Positions 12,526-24,826 of a DNA stretch of 64,000 bases are shown piece after piece. Source of the stretch: Emiliania huxleyi CCMP1516 (lineage: Eukaryota); the NCBI RefSeq assembly GCF_000372725.1, contig NW_005201092.1, positions 775,833 through 839,832 of the forward strand, in the 5' to 3' direction. The translations under genes were made by a program, and so were the position numbers. The notes beneath the pieces are model-generated. The model did no database searches. It was given only the letters and a program-made list of their open reading frames with translations, and was not told where the DNA came from. Each line of letters begins with the position of its first letter. Positions within the stretch are counted from its first letter, which is position 1.

Positions 12526-13270
12526 TGGGCGCCGCGCCGCCGAGGTGATGGTGAGGGGCGTGTCTGAGCTCTGAGAGACAGCCTATTTTGCGCTATTCAC
12601 GGGATTTGTGCCGTGTGTTATAACAACGCAAAAAGCGATCAACCGTATATGGATATGCGCCAAAAAAACTCAAAAGCCTCGTGACCACCTCCCGAATGTA
12701 TTGCCGCCGCGCCGGGCGCCTTGCCCGGCTGCGGCATCTCCCCCTCGCCCCCCCTTCCCGGGGGGTCTACTGTGCGGGCGGAGCTGACAAAGCCACCGCC
12801 CGTTCCCCTCCCCCCTCGCCCCGTCCCCCTAGCCGCTCGCAAGGGGGGGGGGGGCGGAACCCCGTAGCGGCCCCTCCACCCGTGGGGTGTCGCGCAGCCA
12901 CTCGCGGACGAGGGCCATTTCGTGCGTCCGGTTGGAAAACGCGGTCGCGACCTTGCAAGCCGACGCCTCGTCGTGCGGGCAAAAGACAGTCCAGCCCGTT
13001 TTGCCGAGAGCGGCTGGCACACACGAGCNNNNNNNNNNNNNNNNNNNNNNNNNNNNNNNNNNNNNNNNNNNNNNNNNNNNNNNNNNNNNNNNNNNNNNNN
13101 NNNNNNNNNNNNNNNNNNNNNNNNNNNNCTGAGTTGGGGACCCCCCCCCCCCCCCCTTCGAGACGCGACACCGAATTCGGCCGAGGCCTCGCCGGCGCAA
13201 GCCCGCGCGCCACGCGTCGCCGCGATCTCGCCGCGATCTCGCCGCGATCTCGCCGTCTGGGGGCCTGGGG

Positions 13271-15769
13271 TCAGGGTGGGCTCTCCGCCGGCCGCAGCAG
13301 CGAGACGGATCGGTGCCTGTGGGGGAGCAGCCGAGGTCAGGGAGTGTCTAGGGAGTGTCTAGGGAGTGTCTAGGGAGTGTCTAGGGAGTGTCTAGGGAGT
13401 GTCTAGGGAGTGTCTAGGAAGTGTCTAGGCAGAAAGGCGCCTCGGCGCGGAGTACTTTTCACGCACCGCCTGCGGCGTGAGACGGCAACCGTGAGAGATC
13501 TCCCCCCCCACCCACCCCTCTCTCCCTCCCTCTCTCCCTCCCCGCCCCCCTCATCTCCCCCCCCTCCCTCCCCCCCTCCCTCTCTCCCCGTTGTCGTTGC
13601 TGCCTGTCGCTGTCGCTGCCGCTGCCTGTGCCCGTGTCTGTGCCTCTCGGTCTCTGTCTGTCTGTCTCGGCCTGCAGCTTGTTCGAAGCGGCGGCGCGGT
13701 GGACGCGGAGCAGCTCGGCGACGCACCTAACCTCGCGCAGCCTCGGCTCACCACGCGCCCCTTGAGAGGGGGCGGGACACGCGGCAGCTGGCGCGGCGCA
13801 CGGGGCGAGCGCGTCGGCGGTGTACCCCGTCTCGTGCTCGAGGGAGGCGTGCCTGAATCACACAGCAAGTAAACATGATCGGGGGGGCGCGCTGCCGGCT
13901 GTGCCGCAGCACTCTCACCAAGGCTGGAGGCGGAGGGTGTGCAATGCTCATCTCGGCTCATCTCGCCAAGGGTGTGATCCTCCTCTCGGCATCTCGGCTC
14001 CTCTCACCAAGGAGGGAGGCGGAGCGTGTGCAGCGCGAGCCGGACAGCCGCCGCGGCGACCTAGGGTGAGGCAACGGTGGGCTTCTCCACACACACGAGG
14101 TGGGGGGGCAAGGGCCGGGCTAGTCCCTCGCGACTGCACGTCTGAAGAGAAGAGCCGCACGGCACCGAAAGGCAAGGCCCAGTGCGTGCGTGTGTGTGTG
14201 TGCGCGTGTGCGCGCGCGCGTGTGTGTGTGTGTGCGTGTGTGCGTGTGTGTGTGCGTGTGCGCGTGCGTGTGCATGTGTGCATGTGTGTGCATGTGTGCG
14301 TGTGTGTGCGGCGGGCCTCGGACGGGCGGAAGGCGAGGAGGGCGTACTCCGGCAGCGTGAGCTCGCACAGGTACGAGCAGAGCGAGGCCGCCGTCTCGTC
14401 GACGCCGCACGCCGCCTGCGCCGCTCGCACGTACCTAGAGAGAGGGGCAGAGAGAAGAGAACTCCGGGGGCAGAGAAGACCTGTCTCGCCGGCCGCGCCG
14501 CGCGCACGCACCGCTGCAAGAAGGCCTTTGGCGTGGCGGCGGAGAGGTCGAACTGGAGGCGGTTGAGGACGGTGGACTCCTAGGAAGTGTCGTGGAAGTG
14601 TCGTGGAGGTGTCGGGGAGGTGTCGGGGGCGGGTGAGGGCGGTGGAGGCCATGGCGAGGATCTCGGCGCGCGTGTAGGTGGAGTCGGAGATGTACACGAA
14701 CTCATCCACCTGGCGCGGAGATATGGGGAGATGTGGGGAGATCTGGCGGAGATCTGGCGGAGAGGTGCACAAACTGATCCACCCCCGGCGGATGGATTTC
14801 CTCGAACTTTGCGGCGATGAGCATGCACGAGACGCCTATGACGATGATGGTGACGATGACGACGACGGCGACGATGATGTTTGATGAGGAGGAGCAAGCA
14901 TGAGGCGCCGACGAGCTGAAGCTTTGAGCGCGCGACGGGCACGCGGGAGAGGAAGCGGTCGATGTAGCTGACGCAGAGGTGGAGAGTCTCGGGCACGACC
15001 TTGTACTCCTCGGCAACCTAGGCGAGGGCGAGGGCGGCGGGTGAGGGGGAGGGGGGGGGGGGGGGAGGTGAGGGTGTCTGCTTTTGCGTGTGTGGCCGGA
15101 GAGGGGAGAGGAAGGGCGAGGTGAGAGGAGAGATGGGGCGATGGGGCGGCGGATGGCGGGGCTGGGTGGCAGTGGAGGGCAGGCTGTGGGGCTCCGGGCT
15201 GGGGGTGTAGGAGGAGGGCTGCGGCGGGGGCTGAGAGGAGGGCGGCGGAGGTGGCGGTGGCGGGAGAGTGTATTGTCGGTGAGCCTCCCTCGCCTCGACG
15301 AGCCAATCGACGAGGATGCTGCGCATGTTGGAGTTGATGTCGCGCTGCGACTGCATGTAGTCGGCGGGGAGGAGGTACTTCGCCTCCCGCTCCTTCAGGT
15401 ACGCGTAGATGCTCCGAGCGTACTGCGAACACCGCTGCGGGTCGCCGACAGAGGCGTCGTCCTCGTCCATCGGAACGGGCGCCGCGACGGCCTCCACCGC
15501 CATGGCGACGGACTCGTCCTCGGCAGCGGAAGGGCGCCGTCTCGTGGACGGAGGCTGCTTCTGCAGCGAGCGCGTCGCGGGCGGCGCGCGCTTCGCCGGC
15601 TGCTGGGGCGGCGGCGGCGGCTGCACCGGCGGCAGGTGCGACGCCAACTGCCGAGGCTGCTGGTGAGACGGGAGAGGAGGAGGCTGAGCGTGCGGGGCTT
15701 GCGGCGCTGGCTGAAGCGCTGGGGCCGGCGGAACGACTGCGCCAGCCCGCTGCGGGCCGCGGCGGCCCG

Positions 15770-15817
<48 letters not shown>

Positions 15818-15935
15818 GCCGTTGGCGCGCCGCGGCGGACCGTGTGACGCGCACGTTGGCACCGGCGTTGCTGGAGGCGGCGTCGGCGGCGTCGCCGTTG
15901 GAGATGTCGCCGAGAGCAGCGCGAGCGGGAGGCAT
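13271..15935 (-). CDS. CYCA: Cyclin A (about 10 introns)
   Basis: D-box RAALGDISN, polyQ, MRSILVDWLVE|VAEEYK..ETLHL..IDRFLS..KLQLVG..AAKFEEIHPP..LQ|AVREKYS. Confidence 0.9.
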
Positions 15936-16325
15936 GCGGAGCAGGGAGACAGCTCGGCGAGGTGAAGGTACCGTTTTGTCGTCGGGCGGGTGAGAGCAGT
16001 GAAAGAATTTTACATACATAGAGGGCCCCTGCGCGGGCCCCGCCCCCCCCTCGAGGGGGGCGGGGCCCTTGCGACGGAGAAGAGGCCAGAATTGTACAGC
16101 AGCAGACGACGGACAACGAAGCAGTAGAGGCTTGCTAGGAAAATTGTAAGGCCGCCGTCAGCCGGGTTTAGATGTGTCTTTTTCGCGGGGAGGTGCCTTA
16201 GTGCCAGGTGCACCACATGTCTATGAGGTGTAATAAGCAAGACAGCGACAGACAACGCGTCGCCACACACACAGAAGCACGCATATACTATGATACCCTC
16301 TCTCCTCTCTGTATAGCGCCGACGC

Positions 16326-16660
16326 CTAGTCGGAGGGCAACCAAGACGCGTCGCTGTCCTCGTCGGAGGCGCCGCCGACATCGGAGTCGATGCTGGAGGA
16401 GTCGCCGTCGGTGTAGGACGCATCGGAGGAGTCGTCGGCCCCGAGCGTCTCGCAGTGAGAGGCGTCCTCGTCGGAAGAGTTGCCCGCCTCGAGAGAGTTG
16501 CCCGTCTCGACGGCCGATGTCGACGGCCCGCACACATCACCCGCCGCCCGTATGGCCTGCTCGAGGAGGGAAGACTCCGACTCACTGTCGGACGCCGCCT
16601 CCGCGGCCGCCGAGCCGCACTCGTCACCAGAGCTCTCGCCCTCGTCGCTCTCGGGAACAA
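16326..16660 (-). CDS. Possible acidic Ser/Asp-rich low-complexity exon or ORF
   Basis: Open frame of D/E/S-rich sequence with coding-like codon usage. No clear start. Confidence 0.25.
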
Positions 16661-17079
16661 TGCACGAGCGGAAGCCCATACCGCGAGTGCGGGCTCACAA
16701 TGTCTTGCTCTTGGGTTCTCCTGCCGCTGGGTGTGCAGCAGCAGCGCTCAAAAAGAGGCAAAACAGCTCGTGCGGTTTTCAGTGTCTGTCTACATTCTCG
16801 ATCGAGAGATTTTTGACGCACGCACCTTTGGGTTGCCTCTCCATTTCTTTCTTTCTTTTCTCGACGCACCGTGCTCATCCCGACCGGAAATCTGGCTGGC
16901 GGTCGCGCGCGGCGCGTCGGCGCGGCTCCAACCGAGGCGATCGCGTGGCCCGGGTTCGCCGCAGATGCTCCGAGAGAAAGAAGAAGTTTACAACAACTCC
17001 CTCGCGAAAGAAGAAACGCGAACATCGACGAGGAAGTCGGATTTGCCTTCGCGTCTGAGACGCTGGCCTGCGCGCTTCA

Positions 17080-18273
17080 ATGACGGACGCGAGCTGCCTG
17101 CGATTCGCTAGACTGCCCGCGCTGCCGCAGTTAAGACGGGGCAACGTGTCCCGTGCCGAGTTCACGAGGCATCACGTCCAGGCTCGCGCAAGGCTCAATC
17201 ACTTTGATTGGTTCGTGGAGAGTTCGCAGCCCGAAATGCCGGCGCAGGCCCTGGCCAAGCGGTGGGATGGAATCGTCTTTGTCGGTGACTCGACGCTTCG
17301 TGAGGTGACTTGGGCGCTCATCCAGCTGCTCGCTGGCCCCGGGAGAGAGCTCCACTTGCGCAGCGGCAGCCAAGGCGGCGAGTTCGCAGTGACAACCGCT
17401 CTGGGGCACGCGCATAACGGCTCGTGTGTGCCAGCCGCTCTCGGCAAAACGGGCTGGACTGTCTTTTGCCCGCACGACGAGGCGTCGGCTTGCAAGGTCG
17501 CGACCGCGTTTTCCAACCGGACGCACGAAATGGCCCTCGTCCGCGAGTGGCTGCGCGACGACCACCGCTGGGACGGACGGCTTCGCGCGGTGGACGACGA
17601 GCTCGCGTGCTCGGCGCTGACGAAGCGAGGCACTTTTGTCGCGTACCAGGGCACGTACCACAACGGCGAGCCAATCGACCCCGCGTCCCTCCCTGGCTGC
17701 CTCTCTCGCGGACACGCAGATGGTCGTGCGACTAAGCTGCTTCTCGTGGCGAACGGCAGCCCGCTCCACCAGAACGCGGTGTGCAGCCCGTGGCGGCTTT
17801 CGCTGCCGGCGCACGTCCTGGCTCGAGTATTGGACTTGCCCGCCGGCCGCCACCGGAACCGGAGCCGGAATGGGCTGCGTCTCTATCCTCGCGCGCCGAA
17901 TGGCCGGCAACGAGGCATCGATTTAAGCGTCCTGTGGCAGCCGGCCGGCGGCGGGTGGCTGCCGCAGCCCCCTCCGCCTCCGGGCTGTCGGCCGGTGGAT
18001 ATCCCCCATATTGCCGCCGCGTCGACAAAGTGGCTCGATGAGTTCGGCGTCGCTTGGTACGATTACACGACCCTTGCGGAACGGCTGGCCCCTCTCATGT
18101 CGGATGGTAACCACTTCACGTACTTTCACCAGCGGTGCGCGCAAGGGGCGCCGCATGTGCTTAATCTCGCGGCGCAGCTACTGCTGCGGACCGCGGCGGA
18201 CCGCGAGGCTGACGGGAAGGGCGTCCGGTATTGCAGGGAGGACGACGTATTGTCATCGAAAATTGCGCCGTGA
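17080..18273 (+). CDS. SGNH/PC-esterase-like acyl esterase/transferase
   Basis: IVFVGDSTLRE (GDS nucleophile motif) and C-terminal SDGNHF (DxxH). Confidence 0.7.
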   Translation: MTDASCLRFARLPALPQLRRGNVSRAEFTRHHVQARARLNHFDWFVESSQPEMPAQALAKRWDGIVFVGDSTLREVTWALIQLLAGPGRELHLRSGSQGGEFAVTTALGHAHNGSCVPAALGKTGWTVFCPHDEASACKVATAFSNRTHEMALVREWLRDDHRWDGRLRAVDDELACSALTKRGTFVAYQGTYHNGEPIDPASLPGCLSRGHADGRATKLLLVANGSPLHQNAVCSPWRLSLPAHVLARVLDLPAGRHRNRSRNGLRLYPRAPNGRQRGIDLSVLWQPAGGGWLPQPPPPPGCRPVDIPHIAAASTKWLDEFGVAWYDYTTLAERLAPLMSDGNHFTYFHQRCAQGAPHVLNLAAQLLLRTAADREADGKGVRYCREDDVLSSKIAP

Positions 18274-18839
18274 GACGTAAGCCTAAAAGGTAGGTAAGGT
18301 AAGCTAAGGTATTTTTCTCTCCAAATACACAAAAATAAAATATTCTTACCTTCAAGCCCCCCTCCGAGACTGGAGACAGTCACCACAGATACATACGTCG
18401 GTGGGACTGCCCCCCGCCCCCACTTGCCCTGACTGCACAGGATAGCGTGCCCCGATAACGGCCGCGACACAGGTAGTGGGGGACACTGCGCAAGGAGGGG
18501 GTGCGAAGCCTAAGATTGGGGTTCTAGGTGGTGGGACCATGAGGGGGGGAGGGCGGGGTCCTGTGGGGGTGAAATGTTGCGCGGCGAATTCGAACCTACC
18601 CCCTCGCCGCGCCGATCCTCGCGCGGAGGGTAAAACCCTGTGCGCTGTGGGACAAAACCCCTCCGCGGTCGGCTGTCTTCAGAGTGGACCCCCCCCTCCC
18701 CAGCCTCCCCTGTTCGTTTTTCGCACCCCCCCCCCCCGCTCCCCATCGGTGGACACTCGGGGGGGGGGGGGAGGGGTCCCCCAGAGAGGGGGCTTTGGGG
18801 CTTTGTTGGGTCGATCTCCCCCGCCAGAGGGGCCTTGTT

Positions 18840-19070
18840 GGGTCGATCTCAGGTCGATCTCGGGTCGATCTCGGGTCGATCTCGGGTCGATCTCGGCGAC
18901 CGCGGTCGAGTAGCCTAGGTGAGGAGGATGAGGCGAGATGAGGCGAGATGGGGCGAGATGAGGCGAGATGAGGCGAGATGAGGCGAGATGAGGCGAGATG
19001 AGGCGAGATGAGGCGAGATTAGACGGTATGAGGCGAGATTTGGCGAGGTGCAGCGAGATATCGCGAGATG
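18840..19070. repeat. 11-mer (GGGTCGATCTC) and 10-mer (GAGGCGAGAT) minisatellites
   Basis: Direct tandem arrays visible in the sequence. Confidence 0.9.
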
Positions 19071-19898
19071 CAGCGAGCTCATGCCTGGGGTCAGCTTGAT
19101 GCCTGGAGGGGTTCGGATTGGTGCCTGGAGGGAGCCAGCTTGATGTCTGGAGGGCCAGCTTGATGCCTGAAGGGAGCTAACTTGTACTTGAGTCAAGATG
19201 CCTGAGGGAGCGCTTGCCAAGCGCTCCCTCAGGCATCTAGTTGGTGCCTTGAGGAGTCAGCTTCAGGCCAGTTGGTTCCTCTCGGCGACGCCCAATGCGT
19301 GCGCCGGCAGTGGGGAGTGTGCGCGCGCATGTGTGAGGTGTGGATTGTGGCAGGCCTGCTGCTGCTGATGGGAATTGCTCTGTGTGTGGCGCTGCGCTGG
19401 CGTGCGGCGCGCGCGTGCTGTGCGCGTGTGCGTGTTGGATCCGCGCGTGCGTCTGCGTGTGCTGCGCGCGCGCCGCCGGTGTGTGCTGTGTGCTGTACTC
19501 TGCTGTGCGCCCTGTTTGTGAGGCTTTGAGGCGCAGGCCTGGCTGGGAGGGCTGCGCGGTGGGCTGCGGCGCGCTGCGGGTGGTTGTGCGCCTGCCTGGT
19601 GGTGTGCGGCGGCCGCGCAACCCGCCCGACCGGGTCGTCGGCGGCCCAGGGCGCGAGCATGCGGTCTGCGCTGCATGTGAGGCTGCAACGCGGCCGGCGC
19701 GTATGTTTCCGTGCGATGAGGGACGCGCGTATGTGTTCACGCTGCGGGCGCGGGCGGGCGCGGAGGGCGGCGCGGTCTCACCGCGGTCCGACGCCGGTTG
19801 GTCTTCGGCTTGACGAGGGCGGGCGCGCAAGAGGCCTTGCCGGCGTTGCCGCGAAGGAAAAAGAATTCGAAGTACTGCTAAATAAATCAATAATCCCT

Positions 19899-20170
19899 AG
19901 GGTAGGCGACGGCTAGCGCATCACACCCCTCTCCTTAAAATCCCTGTGTGGTGGCGGCGTGCCGTTCTCCCCTCCCTCCCTTGGGTTGGCTGTTTTCTTT
20001 CTTTCTTTAATACGGGGAGACAACTCTCAAGTCACCGCATCGAAAAAAAGAAAGAAAGAAAACGGACATGCCAAGGGAGGGATGGGAGGACGGCACGCCG
20101 CCACCACACAGGGATTTTAGGGGAGAAGTGTGGTGCTAGCCGTCGCCCACCCTCGGGCGTCTACCTCTTC
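19899..20170. repeat. Inverted pair of a ~140 bp dispersed structured repeat (other copies 24610-24752, 27128-27268, 35211-35360; partial 11454-11483)
   Basis: Shared core GGGTGGGCGACGGCTAGCACCACAC..AAATCCCTGTGTGGTGGCGGCGTGCCGTCCTCCC..(TTTC)n. Confidence 0.85.
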
Positions 20171-20474
20171 AACCTGTTAGTCGACAAAGTTGTGCCCGAG
20201 CTCCTACTGCTCGTTTGGGCGGCGTAAGCGCCTAAAGACGAGAGGGTCCAATCATATGCTACGCCCCGAGTGTGTGTGTGTGTGGGGGGGCCTTCACAGT
20301 GGGGGGGGGGGCTTCACAACAGTGAGGGACCCTCCAAGAGTGGGTTCGTTTTCCAGGGGTGTGAGCGTGAACGGTCGTAGATGTCTCTGTGTCGCTCCCT
20401 CCGTGCCTTTGTCAACCTCAGCCCTGAAGCCGCGTGTCTAGTCGCTAGACAGACACTCTGTTCCGCCTCTCTGT

Positions 20475-21061
20475 CTACTCCAGCTTGCCGGCATGCAGCG
20501 CGGCCTTGTCGGCGTTGGCGCGTCGCGAGGGCGCGTGGTTGAAGATGGACTGGTGCAGGAACAGGCCCGAGGCAAACGCGTTCCAGCGGCACACGAGGCA
20601 AAGCCGCAGCAGCTCGGCCCGCCTGCCCTCGTCGCCGAGCCCGCCTACAAAAAGAAAGCGTGTCGTCGCACGCGACGACCGCCGTGAAGTCCCGCACTCG
20701 TGCCCTCGCCGCCGAGGTCGGCCGCGCCCGGCTCCTGCAGCAGCGCGTCGACGCACGCGCAGTGCTCCTCCTCCAGCCGCGGCCGGTCAAAGGCAGACAC
20801 GCTGCGCAGCTCCATCGGGTGCAGCCGCGAGAGCGCGGCCAGGGCGACCCGTCGCTCCACCGCGCTGCGCCGGAGCACGGACTGCAGCAGCGAGAGCGGC
20901 TCGCGTTCGGCCGACGGCCATGGCACAAAGGGCTGCTCCCATATCAGGACTTGGCCGGGCGAGATGTCGCGAGCTGCCACGAAGCCGCGGCCCGACCCTG
21001 GGATCTGCCGCACAGCAATCGGGCCGACCACACGCGCCCCCAGCCCCACGGCCAGCCCCAT
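20475..21061 (-). CDS. SET-domain (SMYD-like) protein, 3' end incomplete or uncertain
   Basis: GSGRGFVAARDISPGQVLIWEQP and WNAF..GLF..SIFNHA. Intron ~20646-20703. Confidence 0.7.
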
Positions 21062-21097
21062 GATCTTTGTGTGTTGTGGCTCAGTGTGCTAGAGGGG

Positions 21098-22861
21098 CTA
21101 CCCCCTGGAGCAGCCTGCGAGCGTCACAGTGAGCATTTGCAGCTTGAAGTGGTGGCCGCCAGAGGAGGTCTCGTTGAGGAGGCGCAGCCGCATGTAGCAG
21201 CTCGCTTCACCGGTGGAGCGGCGCTGGATGGAGGTGGAGGAGGCACCGTCGGATGGCCGGCTCGAGTCGTTGCTCACCGAGAGCTCGACGCCGCGCTCGG
21301 CTGTGATTGACACCCGCCGCCCCCCCCTGCTCGGCCGCGAGTGCGCGTCTAGCACAAACGGGTCGCATCGGCAGGAGCCAAAGCACGACACCGCGGCCCG
21401 ACCTTGCCTCTCATACGAGGTGAGGTAGTGCAGCGTCGCGCACGCGCGCGGCAGATTCGCCGCGCCTCGCCCGGTCTCGAGCGGCTTCTTGCGCCGCAGC
21501 GGGCGCCACGCCTCCACCGCCACCCCAAACTCGATCGTCGCGCCCGGCCGGAGGGCAACCACGCCATCGGTGCGCTTGCCTCGCACGTACTCGCCCGACG
21601 TGCGGTTGAAGACGAGCGCGTAGTCGCAGGCGAACCAGCCATGCCGCACAGAGGAGGCGGGGGCGGCGCCCACGCTCCGCGACACCGGGCACGACGTGCG
21701 CTCGCCCGGGTGGTTCGACGGGTGGGAGTGGACGCACTGACCCATCGACTCGCCCGTGCCGCAGTGCGCCGACCGCCACCGCATCTGCTCCACTCTTGCG
21801 CGCGAGCGCGCCTTCCCGCTCGACGCGCTCTCGACGCTCCGGAAGGCAAAGCAGCGCGCCGAGCCGGGGTGCAGCTTCCCCGACTGCAGCAGTGCTCGCG
21901 TCCCCTCCATCGCCGGCGGAGGGAGTTCACGCCGCTGGTGCTGGTGACTACCGGGAGCCAGACGAGACGCCGCCGCCCGACCGATCCAGTGCCGCACAAT
22001 GGCGCGCGCGTACGCGGCGCCGAAGCGGCCCGTCGTCGGGTGGAGGCAGTCGGCGGCGACGTCCGCCCGTGTGAAGTTGGCCGCGCGCTGCAAATATAGT
22101 GGTGCAAAGGCGTGGTAGTAGGAGAGGCAGGTGAGGTCGTACTGCTCGCAAAGCGACTCAAAAGCGTGCTCCGCCCTCGCGTGCGGGCCCTTGTCGGCGG
22201 GCAGGTCGGGCTCCTCTTTGTGCGGCGTGTGCTTCATCTTCCACGCGAGGTGCGCGGTCGCGCAGAACTCGCGGACCGTGAAGAAGACCAACGCGGGCGC
22301 CGACGGCAACGAGAGGAGCTGCCGGACGAGCAGTTCGGTCTGGGCAAGGTTGAGGTGGCGCGCCATCGAGCCAAACTCGAGAAAGATGAGATGAGGGCTT
22401 GGCGGCAGCAGCCCGTGCATGCATTGCCGGAACTGCTGCGCCGGAGTCGCGTCGACTGCTCCGTTGTAGAGCTTGTGCTCGGCGTGCGGCCAGGACTGAT
22501 TGATGACTCGCAGCGCGTGCACCCACATGCCCTCTCGCTGGAAGCGTGGTGTCATGCAGCGAGCGTACTTCTGCTCCAGGCAGCCTCCGTCGGCTGCGAC
22601 TGAGGCGCCGAGCACACCGATGTGGATCGGCTTGCCGTGCCGCAGCCTCGAAGTGAGCGGCGCGAGCGCGGCGTCGCTGGCCATGTGCCGCAAGGAACTT
22701 GCGAGCACCGAGGATGGCAGTGTGGGAGCATCAGTCGGTGCAGGTGGCAAGATCGGTGCAGGTGGCAAGGTCGACATGGCGGCTCTAGAGCTCTGCTCAA
22801 AAGAGGTGGCTGCGATCGCTCTTCTGGTCATGGATGGACTAGAAGTTTTATGAGCCATCAC
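21098..22861 (-). CDS. SGNH hydrolase-like protein (algal type), intronless
   Basis: IGVLGASVA, NGAV, HLIFLEF, DCLHP and a C-terminal YLTSYE..CRC..LDAH..FKL beta domain. Confidence 0.75.
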   Translation of the reverse strand: MMAHKTSSPSMTRRAIAATSFEQSSRAAMSTLPPAPILPPAPTDAPTLPSSVLASSLRHMASDAALAPLTSRLRHGKPIHIGVLGASVAADGGCLEQKYARCMTPRFQREGMWVHALRVINQSWPHAEHKLYNGAVDATPAQQFRQCMHGLLPPSPHLIFLEFGSMARHLNLAQTELLVRQLLSLPSAPALVFFTVREFCATAHLAWKMKHTPHKEEPDLPADKGPHARAEHAFESLCEQYDLTCLSYYHAFAPLYLQRAANFTRADVAADCLHPTTGRFGAAYARAIVRHWIGRAAASRLAPGSHQHQRRELPPPAMEGTRALLQSGKLHPGSARCFAFRSVESASSGKARSRARVEQMRWRSAHCGTGESMGQCVHSHPSNHPGERTSCPVSRSVGAAPASSVRHGWFACDYALVFNRTSGEYVRGKRTDGVVALRPGATIEFGVAVEAWRPLRRKKPLETGRGAANLPRACATLHYLTSYERQGRAAVSCFGSCRCDPFVLDAHSRPSRGGRRVSITAERGVELSVSNDSSRPSDGASSTSIQRRSTGEASCYMRLRLLNETSSGGHHFKLQMLTVTLAGCSRG

Positions 22862-23396
22862 AATAACATAGCTGACACGTGCGCCCCGTCCAGCAACTTA
22901 TAAAACTTCTAGCTGACACGTGCGCCCCGTCCAGCTTGTGGCGGGCGCGCTGCGGTCGCACGGCTAGTCGCTGGCGGGTAGCCCAAGAGGAGAGCGTCCA
23001 TAGACGCCTCACAAGACCCCACCCACCCACACACGGTCTCGCCCGTGCCTCGCGGCCGGCCGGCGAGATTGCTAGAGGCGGAGCAGTCCTTCAGCCTCTC
23101 GCGTTAGTCCCTGTCACTTGTTTGTCTGTGTTTGTTTGCTGTTGTTTGACTGACTCTTGGCACCGTGTGTGTGTGTGCTGGGTGGGGGGGGCGGCAGGGG
23201 GAAGGTTGCCTTGAGTGATGTGTACGCCCACTCAGGGTGTGTGGCAGCCCAGCTGGCTGTGTGTCCTGTGAGCTTGTTTGTGTCTGTGTGTCGCTCGGCG
23301 TGTCGTCATCATCTGTCCCGCGTCCATCCATACCGCGTTGGTGTCCAGTCCGAGCCTGACTGTTCTTCACCGTCCTACCTACCCACCTACCTACCT

Positions 23397-23854
23397 ACTC
23401 GATACCTCCCAAGTCGAGCCTGACTGTTCTTCACCTTCCTACATACATACATCCCAAGTCTCAGCCACAAGGACTAGGTGCACTATTGGGTCGAGACTCT
23501 CAAGCTCGCGGTGCAGTTTGCTTCCCGCAACCGCCCCAGAGGCCCCACCCGAGAACAAAGGAGGAGTACGAGGGATGGTGGTGGGTGGAACAGAAACCAG
23601 AGGGCTGCGGCCCACACAAGCGGAGGAGCCAGCAGGGTCCTCGCGTCAGGAAGGCACGCGGGCGAAGGTCGGAGTTTCCGAGGAGCCGCGGGCCTCCACG
23701 CCTAGGCTAGGTACTCTCGTGGCTGGTTTACTCCCGGGAACGGATCCCTAGCCATGAACTCCCACTCGATACCTCCCAAGTCTCAGCCACAAACAAGGAC
23801 TAGGTGCGGACTATTGAGTGGAGACTCTCAAGCTCGCGGTGCAGTTTGCTTCCC
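23397..23854. repeat. Pair of ~90-130 bp direct repeats (23397-23526 and 23764-23854)
   Basis: Both carry CCCAAGTCTCAGCCACAA..GGACTAGGTGC..GAGACTCTCAAGCTCGCGGTGCAGTTTGCTTCCC. Confidence 0.75.
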
Positions 23855-24826
23855 ATCACGAGGCGAAGCCGAGTGCGCCGCGACGAGGGTCTCTGCCCCC
23901 GGGGTGTTGACCGTTACCGTTACAGGGGTGCTCGTCCGCCAGAGAGGTACAAAAAAGGGGGTCTATCATACGCTATCAGAGCGTCATAATGCACCATAAT
24001 GCACGGTGCCATCGTTCACGGCAGGGGGGCGCCGAGCTCATGCCGTACATGCCCCCTCCCCTCCTGGGCGCATGCGCCTCACGTCTCGCCAGAGCATAAG
24101 CCCTTGGCGTGTGGCGAGACGAGTTTTTCGCCATGCAGCGAGCAGCAAGCCGCCCGCCGCAAACAGCCGGAGGCATCGCCACGGCACTGACTGCGCCGCG
24201 CTCCCGCACCCGTCGACGAAGCTCCCCCCGCGGAAGACCGCGCGTAGCGACGCCTTGTCGATCGAGATGGGCGCGCCTGAAGCTCGCCCACCTACTGCCC
24301 CTGAGAGTTGGTTACGAGTGGGATCAGCTCCCCCCCTTGGGATCGAAGCCGCCACAACCTCACACCCAACATCTCAGGCGGGATCAGAGAGAGACTCCAC
24401 ACCGGACACCGCCCGGGCACAGCCCCCCTACCCGTCGGATCGCACAGGGCCCCCTATACTCCCGGGGTTAGTGCCGGGTTAGCATCTTCCTCGCTCGATG
24501 TTAGTGACGATCAAACTCACACGCTCGCGATCAAATGCACTTGGTTCAAATTCCGGCTCGCTCGCTCCTTCGAAAAGAATTATAAGTCCGGCTGGCTCTC
24601 CTTCGGGTTAGGGTGGGCGACGGCTAGCACCACACTCCTCTCCTTTAAATCCCTGTGTGGTGGCGGCGTGCCGTCCTCCCTCCCCTCCTCCTCCTCCCTC
24701 CTCCATCCATCCCTCCCCCTCCTCCCCCTCCACGGCGGGTTTCTTTTCTTTTCCGAATCTCAATTCCGCTGTGTTTGCGTCTGCCCTCGCCACCGCCAAC
24801 GCCAACGCCAACGCCCGCCACCACCA

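Noticed and set aside
12889..13028. Exact inverted copy of 17420-17559 (esterase gene)
   Set aside because: Abuts an N-gap and decays into noisy sequence, so most likely a misplaced read or assembly artefact.
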